DNA of 64,000 bases from Paraspadella gotoi (taxonomy: Eukaryota; Animalia; Chaetognatha): the NCBI GenBank assembly GCA_051294375.1, contig JBJCIZ010000040.1, forward strand, positions 1 to 64,000. The letters are read 5' to 3'. A program made the translations under genes and the position numbers. The notes beneath the pieces were generated by a model. The model was not told the DNA's origin. It worked only from the letters and a program-made list of their open reading frames with translations, and searched no databases. Position 1 is the stretch's first letter. The number at the start of each line of letters is the position of its first letter. Below, one piece after another: positions 37,031 to 51,600 of the stretch.

Positions 37031-40000
37031 TAATGATAGGATTAAGATTATACATGATAATCGACAATTTTAATATCTTGTATGATTATAAAATAATTAG
37101 CTTTAATTGGCCCAATGCCACTTTAAATAATTTTCGCTTTCGCTGTGACATTGTGGGCTTGTTATCGTTCTATTTTGTTAGCGACTCGTATTGTCAGTCA
37201 GATGCTCTGGTTCTCTCTTTTCTTTCTTTTGCGCTTCTTTCTCTTTTCTTCGTCACGCTTAATTTGCCTCGGCGTCTCTCTCGCTTCGCGCTCGCGCTCT
37301 CTCCCTCGTTTTATGTTTTCGCTTTGAGTTGTGCAGGGCCTCCCCAGCGACCAGTGGGCGTGGAGGGCAGTGCGTTCCGCCGTCGATCAAGAAGAAAGGG
37401 GAGGATGTGTGAGAGGAGATAAAAAGGAGAGAGAGGAGAGAGAGAGAGAGAGGGAGAGAGAGAGAGAGAGAGGGGGGGGGGGGGGGGGGAGGGAGAGAGA
37501 GTAAGAGCGGAGACTGGAGAGAGAGGGGCGCATAAAAAAAAAACTTCTTCCAGTAGAGTAGAAACCGATAGTAGCTGATAATAACGGCTTTTTAAAACCT
37601 CCCTTCCTCTTTTTCTCGCCATTATTTATCATATATTTTTTTTTCATTAGACTTTTTATTCATCTTTTTTTTTGCCTTTTTTGTCTGTCTTTTAATGGTT
37701 TTACCTTTTAAATTTTTTTTTCCGCAGGTGGGCAGAATCTGAATTCTTGTTTGTAAAAGGCGGACTCATCTGTTTCTGGATTCTGATGAAATGAGGAAAG
37801 ATGAATGAAATTACCTATACCNNNNNNNNNNNNNNNNNNNNNNNNNTTGGATAGATAAATTGAAATAAAATTTTGTGTGTGGGTAGAAAAGTGTGTGATT
37901 AAACTGGATATCAATTTTTGATGGAATCGTAGTAGTGGAAAATAGTTTAAAAGAGAAAACCAAAAGTCATTAATTTCAATTTAAAAGTTTCCCTACTCTA
38001 CATCCCTTCGTGATGAATTGATTGATTAATGTGTGCATTGAATGACACCAAGCATTGATGCAGTTGACGAACAAGTGAAGAGTTGTGAGAAATATTCTGT
38101 GAAATTGACAATAATAATGTCAATAATAATTTACTCGGCGTCAAATTATATTCCATTTCACATTCCTACTTTGGTAAACCAAAGTAGCATTCTAATATTA
38201 AGACAGGTCACTATGTTATTTTATTCTCGCATGATTTTCCATTCGATGTATAGCTGTGAAAATAAACTCTTCGTTCATTTTCTTGTTATGGTCTTCGAAT
38301 TCTTTGTCATCTAAAATTCGTCCTTCCACTTTGGTGGCAGCGGTGTGGCCCACACGGTGGAATTATACACTATCAAAAGAAGAAGGTGCATCTGAGAAAA
38401 TGGCAAAAGATGAAATGCCTTTTGGCATGAACTTTTAAAGAACAGAGAAAACGTCATCGCACAACGACTAATAAAATGGTTGGTCCCTTTTTTGTGTCAT
38501 GGAAGGTATATAGCGACATTTGGACTAGATCCGTATCATTAACTCTCTGTCGTTAACGTTCAAATCCCTGCCACTAACACTCATTTTCTTGTGGGGAAAG
38601 TTGGTCATCTATGGCGACTAAGGGACGTCAGCGTCACGTTCTATGGGCAAGTTTTGAAGCGCCGAAAAGAGCCATGTGGACATTTGGCGATGGATGGGAG
38701 ATGGTTTGAGACCCAGTCGGAAATAATACAGTATTTGCGTTGTTATGCAACATGCACCAGTAAGTCCACTGTGTACGTGTTCCTGGAGGAATAGCCCTGG
38801 TTATGGCCTCCTACGCCACAGAGGAGTCTGCCGTAACGAGTGCTACCCGCAATCATCAAACTGTTTTAAAGTCTAAGACATGTGTGCTCATCGTCCTGTG
38901 TTGTTCACAGTTCACGCTTCAATCATGTTTCTAGTCAACTTCATCACATAACTCTGGGAATGAATCTTCGTGATATCTATAATCAGAGGCGAATAAGTAT
39001 AGAATTTAACATCTGCTTGAATTTCCAATGTGATTTACCAAGCTACCGTATTTTGCTAAATTATTATTAAATTTCATTTTGATATTTTCGCATTATTTAG
39101 CTTTAACCTGACCAAACAAGAAGTTAATGTGATGTGTACTTTTATTTTTAATTTTATTTGCTTTAATTTGATACTCATTTATTTGTTTCTTTGGTGAGTG
39201 GGCCGAGTGGAGATCCTGATTATTTTATTAAGTAAGAAAGTAAATAAAATCGCCGGCCAAATTCTTTTCACTAAAGAATTCCGTCCTGCACTCCAAATTA
39301 TACAGTTAATCAAATTATGTCAGATGACCAAATTATGCCAGTTGAACAAAATATGTCAATTGACAAAATTATGCAAGTTAATCAAATTTTGCAAGTTGAC
39401 CAAATTATACATATTGAAAAAATTATGCCAGTTGACCAAATAATGCAAGTTGATTAAATTAAGGAAGTTGATTAAATTTTGGAAGTTGATCAAATCATGC
39501 AAGATGACCAAATTATGCCGGTTGCCAAATTATACCAGTTGATCTAACTAAGTCTGTTGACCAAATTAAGCAAGTTAACCAAATTATGCCAGTTGAGCAA
39601 ATTATACCAGTTGACCATTACGAAGGTTGAGAAAATTATGAAAGTTGGTATTGGCACAGCTACTGATAATGATTGATAGATCAATTGATTTTTAGATTTT
39701 TTTAATAGATTTATTAAGCTTATTACTAGAGTTGCCCTAACCGTTATTTCTTCCAAAACTTTGGTTAACTATTAAAAATCGACTTTTTTAACCGTTAATG
39801 GTTAAAATCGGTTAATTTAGTAACTTGAGTAATTTGATAATATAAATTCATAAAAGAAGGGAAAAAAATTTAAACTTAGTGTTCAAATCTTATTTCAATA
39901 CTTAGGATGCAATAATATAGTAAATGAAGAAAGAATATACACTGAATTAATGATAATAAACAAATCAATGAGAGCAATTATGAGCTCATATCATTTTTTA

Positions 40001-40180
40001 AATTAAATAATTAATTATTAAGAGTTAATGTTTGGAGTGAAGAGATAAAAAGGCCTGATGCACTTCTCTGCTTAGACTGTGGTTGGAGGTAAAGTAGTAG
40101 TATAGTGTGGACGCAATAGAATTTATATTTTTATAGGTTGTAGGTGGTGATTGCTCACCTGTTTTGTCAAAAATACTCTT

Positions 40181-40651
40181 TTTTAGTCGGATCTGCTTAT
40201 CAGCAGATTCCGACTCTTTAATTCACTTTGTCGGTCCGTCAGTCCCACCCCTAAATCTTGTCGGTAAATCATTTTTATCACATCAGAACATCATATATGC
40301 TAAATTAAGCAAAAAACGATGTCCGTCCATTCGTTTGTCTGTCTGTCATCTGTTTGTTCATCCCCCCGTGATTGGATGGATGGATTGGAATAAAATTTTG
40401 TGTGTGGGTGGAAAAGTGTGTGATTGAGATGGATATAAAGTTTCAATGGAATCGTGCAAGTTAAAATGATTTTAAATAGAAAAAACCAAAGTCATTTTTA
40501 GTTATTTTTACTCATATTTATTATATTTATTTATTTATATTTGTATAATCACAAATTGAGAGTCAGAAAAATTACCATGATTTATCATCAGATTAGCTTA
40601 TTACCGCTTAATTATCGTAAGCAGATCCAACATTGTTTACTCAAACTTGTT
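40181..40651 (+). mobile_element. Compact full-length HINE/DINE-1-like element, about 470 bp
   Basis: subTIR GTCGGATCTGC (40186), inverted copy (40203), (GTCY)n microsatellite, 3' subTIR (40621) and terminal hairpin followed by TT. Confidence 0.82.
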
Positions 40652-43096
40652 TATGTTATAATCTGGTATGACCTGTTGAGATCACAAATTAAAATAATTA
40701 TCGTTACTTATCATTTGATTAGTTCATTACAGCTAAATTATCGTCAGCCGATCAGACATTTTTTGCTCAAACTATTCTTTAGTCCTGTATGTTTTGAGTC
40801 TGAAAATGACTAAAATAAAAATACAGAGTGTCTCAAGCGTACTGTCACTTTGCAAATGAACGCTGGGTCAAAATGGTAAAGAAAATTATAAATTTGAAAG
40901 AACCACCGGAAAGATAAGTGCATACAGTTTGTTTTGGTATCTATATTATCATGTTTATTAGTATTTTTTATTGACACAATGCAAATTTCAAATGAAGGAA
41001 AATTTTGTTTTGAGCGTCGATAGAAAATTTTTTGAAATATTAAATTTATAAAGTAGTCCTGCTTTTGGTGAAAAATAGAATTGTGCATATTATATTATAG
41101 TAGGCCACTATGTTTTTTGTTCCCTTTATTAAGAATTTTGTGAATTGGGAAAGATTGACGATGATGATAATGATTTCAGAAGAGAAGATTCAGAGAATGA
41201 TTACAAAGAAAATTTGTTTTTATAGTTGCTCATTAAGTTTACTTTCAGGAAACTAATAAATGCTACAAATTTAGTATTCTATGATTCAACATATGATGCA
41301 TAGATTCATAGAGTACATTCTATTGCTAAAACTATTTTCCAGCGGACAGCAGCTCATACGCAGTGCAATGTAATTGAATTTGTCAAATAAGCTGCATGTC
41401 TGTAACAATCTTTCAATTAAAACCAATCTCTTAAATCCGAAAGGACAATAGTACAGATCTGTCAGGAAAAGCTTGTGACTTTCACTTTCCCATTGCGACA
41501 TAATATTATTTAACTAAGTAGCTAAAAAAAAATTTAAGTCGTTGGAAAGATTGGAATGTTTTAAAATTGACGAAAAATATTTTCAACATTGGCTTTGAGT
41601 GATGATAAAATGTAATTTAATTGTTTAATTTTAAAATTTAAGACATCATATAAAACTGTAAGAACTTCTTGATCCAACGAGCATAGTAAATTCATTATTT
41701 ATTACTGTACTGATTCACTGTATTCATTTGTAAAGTGACAGTATGTTTGAGACACTCTGTAATTGAAAAAATGGAGTATTTTTTTAATTTGCTTTTGCAG
41801 TGTTACTTCATATATTAGCATTCTACTACTAAATGTGATAACTTTAAAGTAATATTTAAAAAAAAATTATATTAACTATTTATCCAAAAACTTGTTACTT
41901 AAATATAAAAAAGAAAATTATTGTTAACTAAAAAATTACAGTACTCAGCTACTGGATATTAACAAATAATCAGTTATTTCATCTGACACTTAATAAAGCA
42001 GCGTAAAGATTACATATTACCTTTTGGTGTATACTTAGGGTCCGCATTTTCCCTCAGTCCTTGAGTAGGTTGAAATTGTTGATCATCTTGTAATGCAACT
42101 GAAGTAGGTTGAAATTGTTGATCATCTTGTAATGCAACTGAACTTCCGTCCAAGTTGTTGTTTTGAATATAATCATAATCCTGAGGTAAAAAATACTTAT
42201 GAAATTGACAAAACTAATGGAGGCCTTAAACCACCAAACATGTCTAAAGTCAGGGGAAAGATAGCTTATTTATTAAATGAATGGATAATTTTTATATTAG
42301 TTGTACCAATTTCATAAAATTCAGCTCCTTGTATTTTGATGCTAGTGCGGAGTACAATAAGTATTCCCCAATCTAATACTTAAGGGAGTGGTCTCTTCAT
42401 ACAACTGAAATATTATACCACTTCATTGATAGGGAAGCCAGGTACTCTGGGAATGAATAAACGAGACTTTGAGAGAGTCTTGATTGAAAGCTTGCAGGGA
42501 CTTGCTATGTCATTATCTTGTAAGAGTGATGGAAGCCTCAAACCACCAAAGCCTGTCAAAAGTCAGGGGCAAGATAGCTTATTTATTAAATTAATGGATA
42601 ATTTTTATATTGGTTGTACCAATTTCATAAAATTATCAAAATTATCTATTCCCCTAAACTCTGCTAAGAAGGGGGTTTTAAAAGGGGTGACCCATATGAT
42701 GTTCAACCAAAATATCAATGGCGTAGGCTAAACCGTCTACGAGCTGGAGTTCAATTTTTCAGAAGCATTTATAATGAGCAGCTGTGATTCTTTTGGGTGC
42801 CTTGACAGCAGTGGTTTTTGCAACATTGCTTGTCGCATTGCTTTAATAGTTAGAACAAGGTCTGGTTAACTATCTTCAATTAAATTTTTTCTTTTAAATG
42901 CATCCGATGCGTCACAAAATAAAAAAATATGAAGTGATACAGATTTTATAAGTTTTGAATCACTACCATGTAGATGTAAAATCAATTGATTCCGATCCTG
43001 TTGCATCTGAAGGGCTTACATTTTTTCTCTTGTCAAATAACTATCATTTCGACATCCAACCATCAGATTCAAATGGACTGGTCCGCTCGGGAAACT

Positions 43097-43663
43097 TTAG
43101 TGGACAGAACCGTTCAATATAAGCGTCCTGAGCTTCGGATCAGGCTTAGTAACATTTACAGGCGGGTTAAGCGCGCCCCCGTCCTCTAACTGCAGAGACG
43201 ACCACGGGACTAAAACCCCTGACTTTGGGTTGGGAGCGGCGAATGACTTGCCTCTGGCACCAATGGCCGCTGATGAACCGGTTGGTGGATTTTAGCAGTC
43301 AGATACATCCCCTCCCGTCGAGACTGTTGCGTCTGTTCAGTGAATTGTTGTTGTTGGTGGAAAGTTCGTACCATGAAGTTGAGGCATGTCGCCTGATGAG
43401 TTGTGTGGGAAGTGCACTGCAAGGTTGAGGCATGTCGCCTGAAAGTGTTGTTGTTGCTGTTGTGTTCGGAAGTCGGGTCACCAATGAAGAGACAGTAATT
43501 ATTATTATGTGTTAATGACAGAACGTTCAATATAAAGCAGTCCTGAGCTTCGGATCAGGCTGTACACCATGTTACGGTGGTTAAGCGCCCGTCCCTCTTT
43601 AACTGCCAGACGAACACCACCTGGCCGCTGATGAACGGTTGGTGGATTTTAGTCCACATACCA
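43097..43663 (-). mobile_element. TRIM-A, second representation (probably the same locus as 47659-48315)
   Basis: Two LTR copies, PPT at ~43307, PBS TGGTGACCCGAC at ~43473-43483; same right flank as the 48-kb copy, and the flanks are mutually inverted. Confidence 0.8.
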
Positions 43664-46600
43664 TTGCATATAAAATATTTTCCGAGGGACAGGTCCATTT
43701 GAATCTGATGGTTGGATGTNNNNNNNNNNNNNNNNNNNNNNNNNGCTGATTGCAGAGAGATAAAAGTATTCAAAAGGATTTGCTAATTTTTTTTTTCCAA
43801 ATTTTTGCGTACGCGTTGCCGTACTGTCGAGAGTACGCAAGGAAAAAATTAAACCCCGGGTCCTCGCCCCAAGAGAAAGGTCGGGTCAGGATTGGCAAAA
43901 GTCAAAACAAGATATGCATCCTTCAGAAAATTAACGCCTTCCCCCGGGGCGGACGCTCGCTAGGGGCAATGCAAATTTATTAACTTCTTGGAGGGCGCCC
44001 CCAGGTAGCCTCTTTTTTATGGCAACCCACGGGCCACTCCAGGGGAATCCCCCAGGGCTAAAAAAAACCTTTCCCCTGGGGGCCACCCCAAGGCGGGGAT
44101 GCAATTTCCTGCCCCCTTGAACGCTCTCTCGTCTCCCCTGCCTATATCTCTCCCCTCTCCTCTTCTCTCTCTCCCTCTCTAATACTCTTCTCTCTACATC
44201 TCTTCTTCTTTTTCATCTTTTATTAAAATAAATATATATAAAATAAAAATTAATAATTTTCTCTTCAATTAACTCAATCCCAATGAAACCAATAGCTGCG
44301 TCCAACACCAACATGCCATAATTGGTCAACTGTGCAACCTAAATTTATCAAATGAACATAATCTGGCTAACTGACATAAGTTGGCTGTCAACTTGATACT
44401 AATTTTTGCCAACTCGATATAATTTGGTATAAACTTTCATATTTTAGGGTTTCTCAACTTCATAAATCTTGCGTTCAACTCATAATTTGGCCTTCAAACT
44501 GGCATTAATATTTTAGATAATTTTTGTTTTATATAATTTAGTCAACTTGCATAATCTCGGACTATTAACCTCATAATTGGAATAATAAACTTTCCATAAT
44601 TTCGTCAACTTGACATAAATTTGTCAACTGATTATATTTATATGGTCAACTTCATAATTTGTAAAACTCTCATAATTCTAGATTATTAAACTATTCATAA
44701 TGGTCAACTTTCAACAATCGTCAACTGGCATAATAGTCATCTATTTAAATTAATAGCAACTGCCCTATAATTCGTAACCTAACATGGTCAAATTGTATCA
44801 ATGTCAACAATCAATCCAACAATACGCAATAGCCCTCGAATCCTAAGAAATAGAAAGAAAAAATAGAAATAAAAATCAAGTAAATGGACGCCATAAAACT
44901 CACTCACTCACACTCTACCCACACCGCAAATACAACATCAGAAAAAAATTGAACTAAAACATTCGAGAAATACTTATAGTCATCAGTAATCACCAAAAAT
45001 AAGTTCTTATTTTTATGTAAACATTCTGTTTTCAAATCTATTTTTTTAAATGGGTAAATAACAAAATTTGTTAAGTTAAATGGGTAATGGGTAAGCACAT
45101 TTTTTAAAGATTTTGTTTTTCAATCTGGTTGTTTAAAAAATTCTAGGGTAAGAAGTTAAAACACGGATATGGCCAGGGATAGCTTAGTAAGGGGAGAATT
45201 AAACAATTATCTCGTTACCTCTGTTTGCGTTTTTCCAGTCATGAACAAAATCATTCAGTTAAATAGATGGTAAAGAAATTCGAGCTTACAATGAATCTTC
45301 ACTGATTTGAGAGTTGCAGCCGAAACGACTGCAAATTATATTGAAAAAAAAAATTGATTAGCATCTAAAACATTTGTAAAAATGTAATAGAGAGACATTT
45401 TGATAACGGCGATTCCAGTTAGGGGGGGGGGGAAAAAGGGGGAAATTTCCCCGGGTTAAAGTTTAAAACGTTTCATTTTCAAGGATACAAGTTGTAATTT
45501 AAAAAATGTCTCTCTATTACATTTTTCTAAATTCAGTAATAAAAATTCATAAAAAATATCAGATGGATTTGGCCATTTTCGTTTGACCTGCTACTCTTCA
45601 GATAGGTTTCTTATTTTAATTATAATTTTAACCGATATAAAATGGGTAGAATGCATCAAATGCTTAAGTTGAATACATATTCGGATCGCCAGGAGCTCTC
45701 AGCCTTTGAATTTTGTACTCCATTTTAGCCATATTTTGAAGTTGAATGAATGACTCTTTTCTTAATATATGTTTTTAGATTATATTGATCGAAATGAAAT
45801 GTTGTGTGTGGGTAGAAAAGTGTGTGATTGAGCTAGGGATTATAAAGTTTTGCTCACTCTATCTCTTTCAAACGTCATCAGCTTTACTCAACAACGTGAG
45901 TTCATCTGGATGGCATTCTATCAAACAAAAATTTTATTTCACGTGTGGAACTCATTTAATGTTGATCATGAAATAAAATCTTGATGGATATAGTTTTTTT
46001 TTTTTTTTTTTTTGGGACTCCATAAATTCACTAAGTAGTTCTGTCGATAACTAGCACATTATTTGTTTATTTATAATTTATTTAATTCTTTTTTGAACAT
46101 CAAATTATGAATATTTTTTTAAAAATTTATGTCTTTCTTATCAGTCCATCAGTATGTCCATCCAATATTGAAAAAAAATGATGCAATGTGAAAAAATGAT
46201 GCAAGTTTAAAAAAATATTTGTTTGTACCATTGGCGCATTGGTTTGGATGGATGGATTGAAATAAAATTTTGTGTGTGTGGGTAGGAAAAGTGTTGATGA
46301 TGCTGACATTAAAGTTTTGATGGAATCATGCACGTGGAAATAAGTTAAAATGAAAAAAAACATAAAACCACATTTCCATAAATCTTTTTTACTAATTTTA
46401 CGAGAGCTTGGTATAAAGTTTCGATGGAATGGAGGAGTGAAAATGAGCTTCTCATGGAAAAAACCAAGTCAAGTTTAATTTGAATTTTTATTTATTTATG
46501 CTGTACTCATAAATGTATTGATTAATTAATTAATAATTTTAACTAATTAATTAATTAAAATGAAAATGATTGTAATTTGAAAAACTGATGCAAATTAAAA

Positions 46601-47658
46601 ATGATGCAAGTTTAAAAATGATGCTAGCTAGTTGAAAAAATTATGCAAGTTAAAAAAATGATTCGAGTTGAAAAAATGATGCAAGTTTAAAAAAATATGC
46701 AAGTTTAAAAAAATGATCGCTAGTTATAAAAATTATGCAAATTTAAAAAATTATGCAAGTTAAAAAAATAATATTAGTTAAAAAAATATTTGCACTTTAT
46801 TTATAATTATTTCTACTATACTAACAGTTCAGTTTCATCCCTTTTGGAAGCGATTTACATGTATATAGCGCAGCCACTAGTATGGTACGATCTGTTATGA
46901 TTACAAATTGAAAGATTATCGTGATTTATCATCTGATTAGCTGATTACCGCGTTAGGCAGATCCGACATTGTTTGCTTTAAAACTTGTTTTTGTTATTAC
47001 ATCATTTGTAAAAAGTGTGGTTTCTATATAGCATTAACTCCCTTTCCATTTTATTTCTGCTCAGCTTATTTTTTTTCATTTTTTCAAAAACAGTAATATT
47101 TTGTTTTCTCTACCTTTACTATTTTCTATCATCACAAAAAAAAAGAATTCAGCTAAATTTTCTAGAACGAATTTTTCTTGACGCAAGTGGCAATCAAATA
47201 TTTTTAATAGAAAAACTAATGTTTTTAGCAAAGATAGGGTGCTAAATATATTATTAAATAAATTTTGAATTTAAATATATCTACATGAAGGGAATATTTA
47301 TATAACAGTTTAACAAATAGCATATTATTTACTGTTTTGCTTTTTTAGGGTCAAAATCAGGTTATTCTTTCGATGTCTCCACAGCCTGCGAATGTCTACA
47401 TGCATGTATCACCATCCAGATTATATTTTGTTCTTGCTCAACAAGTTGGCTGCAATGGGATATCCTCGATTGTATATTCCACTCCAATGGATTGTTTATG
47501 AAGTCAAAGACATTATTCGCAATGACAATAATGAATTTGAGTCACAGGTATTAACTAATTAAAATTATAATTTATTAATTTTGTACCCAAATTCGTTGTT
47601 TCTTATTCAATAATCAAATAGTACTGGATTAGCTTTGCAAATTTAGATATAAGATTAG

Positions 47659-48315
47659 TGAAGAGACAGTAATTATTGTTTGTGTTTAGTGACAGAACCG
47701 TTCAATATAAGCAGTCCTGAGCTTCGGATCAGGCTGTAACACCATGTTACAGGCGGGTTAAGCGCCCCGTCCCTCTTAACTCCAGAGACCACACGGGCTA
47801 AAACCCCTGACCTTTGGGTTGGGAGGCGAATGGACTTGCCTCTGGCACCAATGCGTCGCTGGATGAACGGTTGGTGGATTTTAGTCCGCCATACATCCCC
47901 CCTCCCGTAGGGAGAAGTCTGTTGCGTTCTTCAGTGAATTGTTGTTGTTGGTGGAAAGTTCGTCACCAAGTTGAGCATGTCGCCGCCTGATGAGTTGTGG
48001 GCGGAAGTGCATCGCCAGGTTGAGGCATGTCGCCTGAAAGTGGTGTTGTTGCTGTTGTGTTCGGAAGTCGGGCTCACCAATGAAGAGACAGTAATTATTA
48101 TTATGTGTTAATGACAGAACCGTTCAATATAAAGCAGTCCCTGAGCTTCGGATCAGGCTGTAACACCATGTTACAGGTGGGTTAAGCGCCCCGTCCCTCT
48201 TAACTGCCAGACGACCACCGGGCTAGAACCCCGACCTTGGGTTGGGAAGTGCAATGACTTCGCACCAATGGGCCGCTGATGAACGGTTGGTGGATTTTAG
48301 TTTCCACTCATACCA
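47659..48315 (-). mobile_element. TRIM-A: miniature LTR element (~237-bp LTRs, 185-bp internal region) with a tRNA-like cassette in each LTR
   Basis: LTRs 47659-47895 and 48081-48315 (TGTATG...CTTCA); PBS TGGTGAGCCCGAC at 48067-48079; PPT GGGAGGGGGGA at 47896-47906; no coding capacity. Confidence 0.92.
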
Positions 48316-48481
48316 TTGCATAAAAATGCTTTTTGTCACTAACACATAACAATAATTACTGTCTCTTCACTAATCTTATTATCTAAATTTGCAAAGCTAA
48401 TGCAGGTACTATTTGATTATTGAATAAGAAACAACGAATTTGGGTACAAAATTATAAATTATAATTTTAATTAGTTAATAC

Positions 48482-48676
48482 CTGTGACTCAAATTCATTA
48501 TTGTCATTGCGAATAATGTCTTTGACTTTCATAAACAATCCATTGGATGGAATATACAATCGAGGATATCCATTGCAGCCACTTGTTGAGCAAGAACAAA
48601 ATATAATCTGATGGTGATACATGCATGTAGACATTCCAGGCTGTTGGAGACAGTGAAGAATAACCTGATTTTGACC
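48482..48676 (-). CDS. 195-nt phase-0 exon of a second three-finger/Ly6-like gene (mirror copy at 47349-47547, + strand)
   Basis: AG/GT-bounded open frame GQNQVILHCLQQPGMSTCMYHHQIIFCSCSTSGCNGYPRLYIPSNGLFMKVKDIIRNDNNEFESQ; same C-x8-C and C-x-C-x4-C-N pattern as exon 10372-10192. Confidence 0.7.
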
Positions 48677-51600
48677 CTAAAAAAGCAAAACAGTAAATAA
48701 TATGCTATTTGGTTTAAACTGTTATATAAATATTCCCTTCATGTAGATAATATTATAATTCAAAATTTATTTAATAATTATATTTAGCACCCTATCTTTG
48801 CTAAAAACATTAGTTTTTCAATTAAAAAAATATTGATTGCCACTTGGTCAAGAAAATTCGTTCTAGAAAATTTAGCTGAATTCTTTTTTTTTGTGATGAT
48901 AGAAATAGTAAAGGTAGAGAAAACAAATATTATGTTTTTGAAAAAAATGAAAAAAAATAAGCTGAGCAGAAATAAAATGGAAAGGGAGTAAATGCTATAT
49001 AGAACCACATCTTTTTACAAATGATGTAATAACAAAACAAGTTTAAGCAAACAATGTCGGATCTGCCTAAGCGGTAATCAGCTAATCAGATGATAAATCA
49101 CGTAACTCTTTTCAAATTTGTAAATCATAACAGATCGTCCATACTAGTGGCTGCGCTAATACATGTAAATCGCTTCCAAAAGGGATGAAACTGAACTGTT
49201 AGTATAGTAAGAAATAATTATAAATAAAGTGGCAAATATTTTTTTTTTTAACTTGCATAATTTTTTAAATTTGCATAATTTTTTAAACTAGGATCATTTT
49301 TTTAAACTTGCATATTTTTTTAAACTTGCATCATTTTTTCAACTCGAATCATTTTTTTAACTTGCATAATTTTTTCAACTAGCATCATTTTTAAACTTGC
49401 ATCATTTTTTTAATTTGCATCAGTTTTTCAAATTACATCATTTTCATTTTAATTAATTAATTAGTTAAATTATTAATTAATTAATCAATACATTTATGAG
49501 TAAGCATAAATAAATAAAAATTCAAATTAACTTGACTTTGGTTTTTTCCATGAGAAGCTCATTTTCACTCCTCCATTCCATCGAAACTTTATATCAAGCT
49601 TCGTAAAATTAGTAAAAAGATTTATGGAAATGTGGTTTATGTTTTTTTCATTTAAACTTATTTCCACGTGCATGATTCCATCAAAACTTTATGTCAGCAT
49701 CATCACACTTTTTCCTACCCACACACAAAATTTTATTTCAATCCATCCATCCAACCAATGCGCCAATGGTACAAACAAATATTTTTTAAACTTGCATCAT
49801 TTTTTCACATTGCATCATTTTTTTTCAATTGGATGGACATACTGATGGACTGATAGAGAAAGACATAATTTTTGAAAAAAATATTCATAATTTGATGTTC
49901 AAAAAAGAATTAAATAAATTATAAATAAACAAATAATGTGTAGTTATCGACAGAACTACTTAGTGAATTATGGAGTCCCAAAAAANNNNNNNNNNNNNNN
50001 NNNNNNNNNNTTTCATCTTTTGATGAAATAAATATATATTAATAAAATAATAATTTTCTTTAATTATCTAAATCAATGAACCAATAGGCTGCGTCAACCA
50101 ATTGCAAATTTGGTAACGTTGCATAATTTAGTCAATGGACATTTAATTTGGTCAAATGACATAATTATAGGTTCAACTGATTAATTGTCACTGATATAAT
50201 TTGTAATCTTTCATAATTTTGTTTTTGGTCATTTATATTTGGTCAATTCTACTTTCATATTGGTTGAACGTGGCATAATTTGATAATGTTTTGTTATATA
50301 TTTAGTCAACTTGCTTAATTTTGGTAAGCTTTTCATAATTTTGGTAACTTTCATAATTTGGTCACTGACATTATATGATTTGGTCATGATATAATTTGGT
50401 CAATTCATATTTGGTAAACTTTCATAATTTGGTAACCTTTCTATAATTTGGTTCAACTTCAACTATATTTCGTCATTAATGGCATACATTAGTAATTTTT
50501 TAAATCAATTTAGTAACTTGCATAATTGGTTAACTTTATAATTTGGGTCAATATTGTATAATATTGGTCATAGCAATCACTTAAACAATCAGGCTTCAAT
50601 TATTAATACTTATTTTCAGGTGGTGTAAGAATATAGATTTTAATGAGAGAAAGGTGAGAAAAACTATTTAGTAAAATTTCTTAAGTAAAGTTTGTGGACT
50701 TTTTGTTTTTCCATTCAAACTCACTTTACTTGCCACTTTTCTAGCGCACATTCTTTTTCAGCAAAATTTTATCTTATGTCTCTTATGAAATTTTAAAATA
50801 GTAGAATAAGAGTAGGAATGGTTTAATTCTTTATTCATATATAAAAAATAATTAATTATTATTAATTATTTAATATCAGTCTTTAGTTCGCCACAATTGA
50901 TTAAACTTTCAAATTAATTCGTTGATTTGATTTCACTCAAATAGTTTTCCAGGCATTAAACGACGACGATAACAAAGCACGAAAATACAAGAACGAAGAC
51001 GACGACGAGACTTCTACTTTTTTGGCGACCGTAAGGGTCAGTTCACGGAATTACCAGTGGTTTCGACATTAGGACTGAATATTGTTATGGCTACCTTTTT
51101 TCAGCCAATGTATAGTAGTTGTTGTTGTTATTTTCTTCCGTTATTTCGCTTTTTAACTCTGGGTTTTCATAATATACAGTTTTTAGATTTTTGATCGAAA
51201 TGAAATTTGTGTGTGGGTAGAAAAGTTGTGTGATTGAGCTAGATTATATAAGTTTTGCTCACTCTATCTCTTCAAACTTCATCACTTTACTCAACAACGG
51301 TGAGTTCGTCTGGGTATGGCATCTATCAAACAGAAAATTTTATTTCATCGTATGTGGAACTGATTTTAGATTTGTTGATCATGAATTAAAAATCTTGATG
51401 GAATAGTTTTTTTTTTTTTTTATAAAGGTTAACCAAATTATGCAAGTTGACTAAATTATTTAAAAAATGACTAAATTATGCCAGTTGACGAAATTGTTGA
51501 AGTTGACCAAATTATGAAAGTTTACCAAATTATGAAAGTTTGAATTACTGTTGGACTCCAAATTCAATTATTGTCAGTGGCGGAAGATGAATGGTCTTTG

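Larger units (their letters stand above)
46012..49982. other. Large inverted duplication with ~1.7-kb arms (46012-47695 and 48335-49982); further noisy copies at ~51180-53600
   Basis: Arms differ mainly by scattered indels, turn around inside a TRIM LTR, and end at an N gap. Confidence 0.85.

Noticed and set aside
41286-41501. P-element transposase remnant (CPLENSFS resembles DPLENFFS)
   Set aside because: It is a single short motif in decayed sequence with no other supporting motif.
45379-45527. 150-bp MITE with 24-bp TIRs
   Set aside because: The centre is homopolymer-run junk typical of low-quality sequence, there is no TSD, and it may be an artefact.
47987-48040. CTGATGAG...GAAA in the TRIM-A internal region as a hammerhead (retrozyme)
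   Set aside because: No stem II or III can be formed; the motifs come from a tandem GTTGAGGCATGTCGCCTGA repeat.
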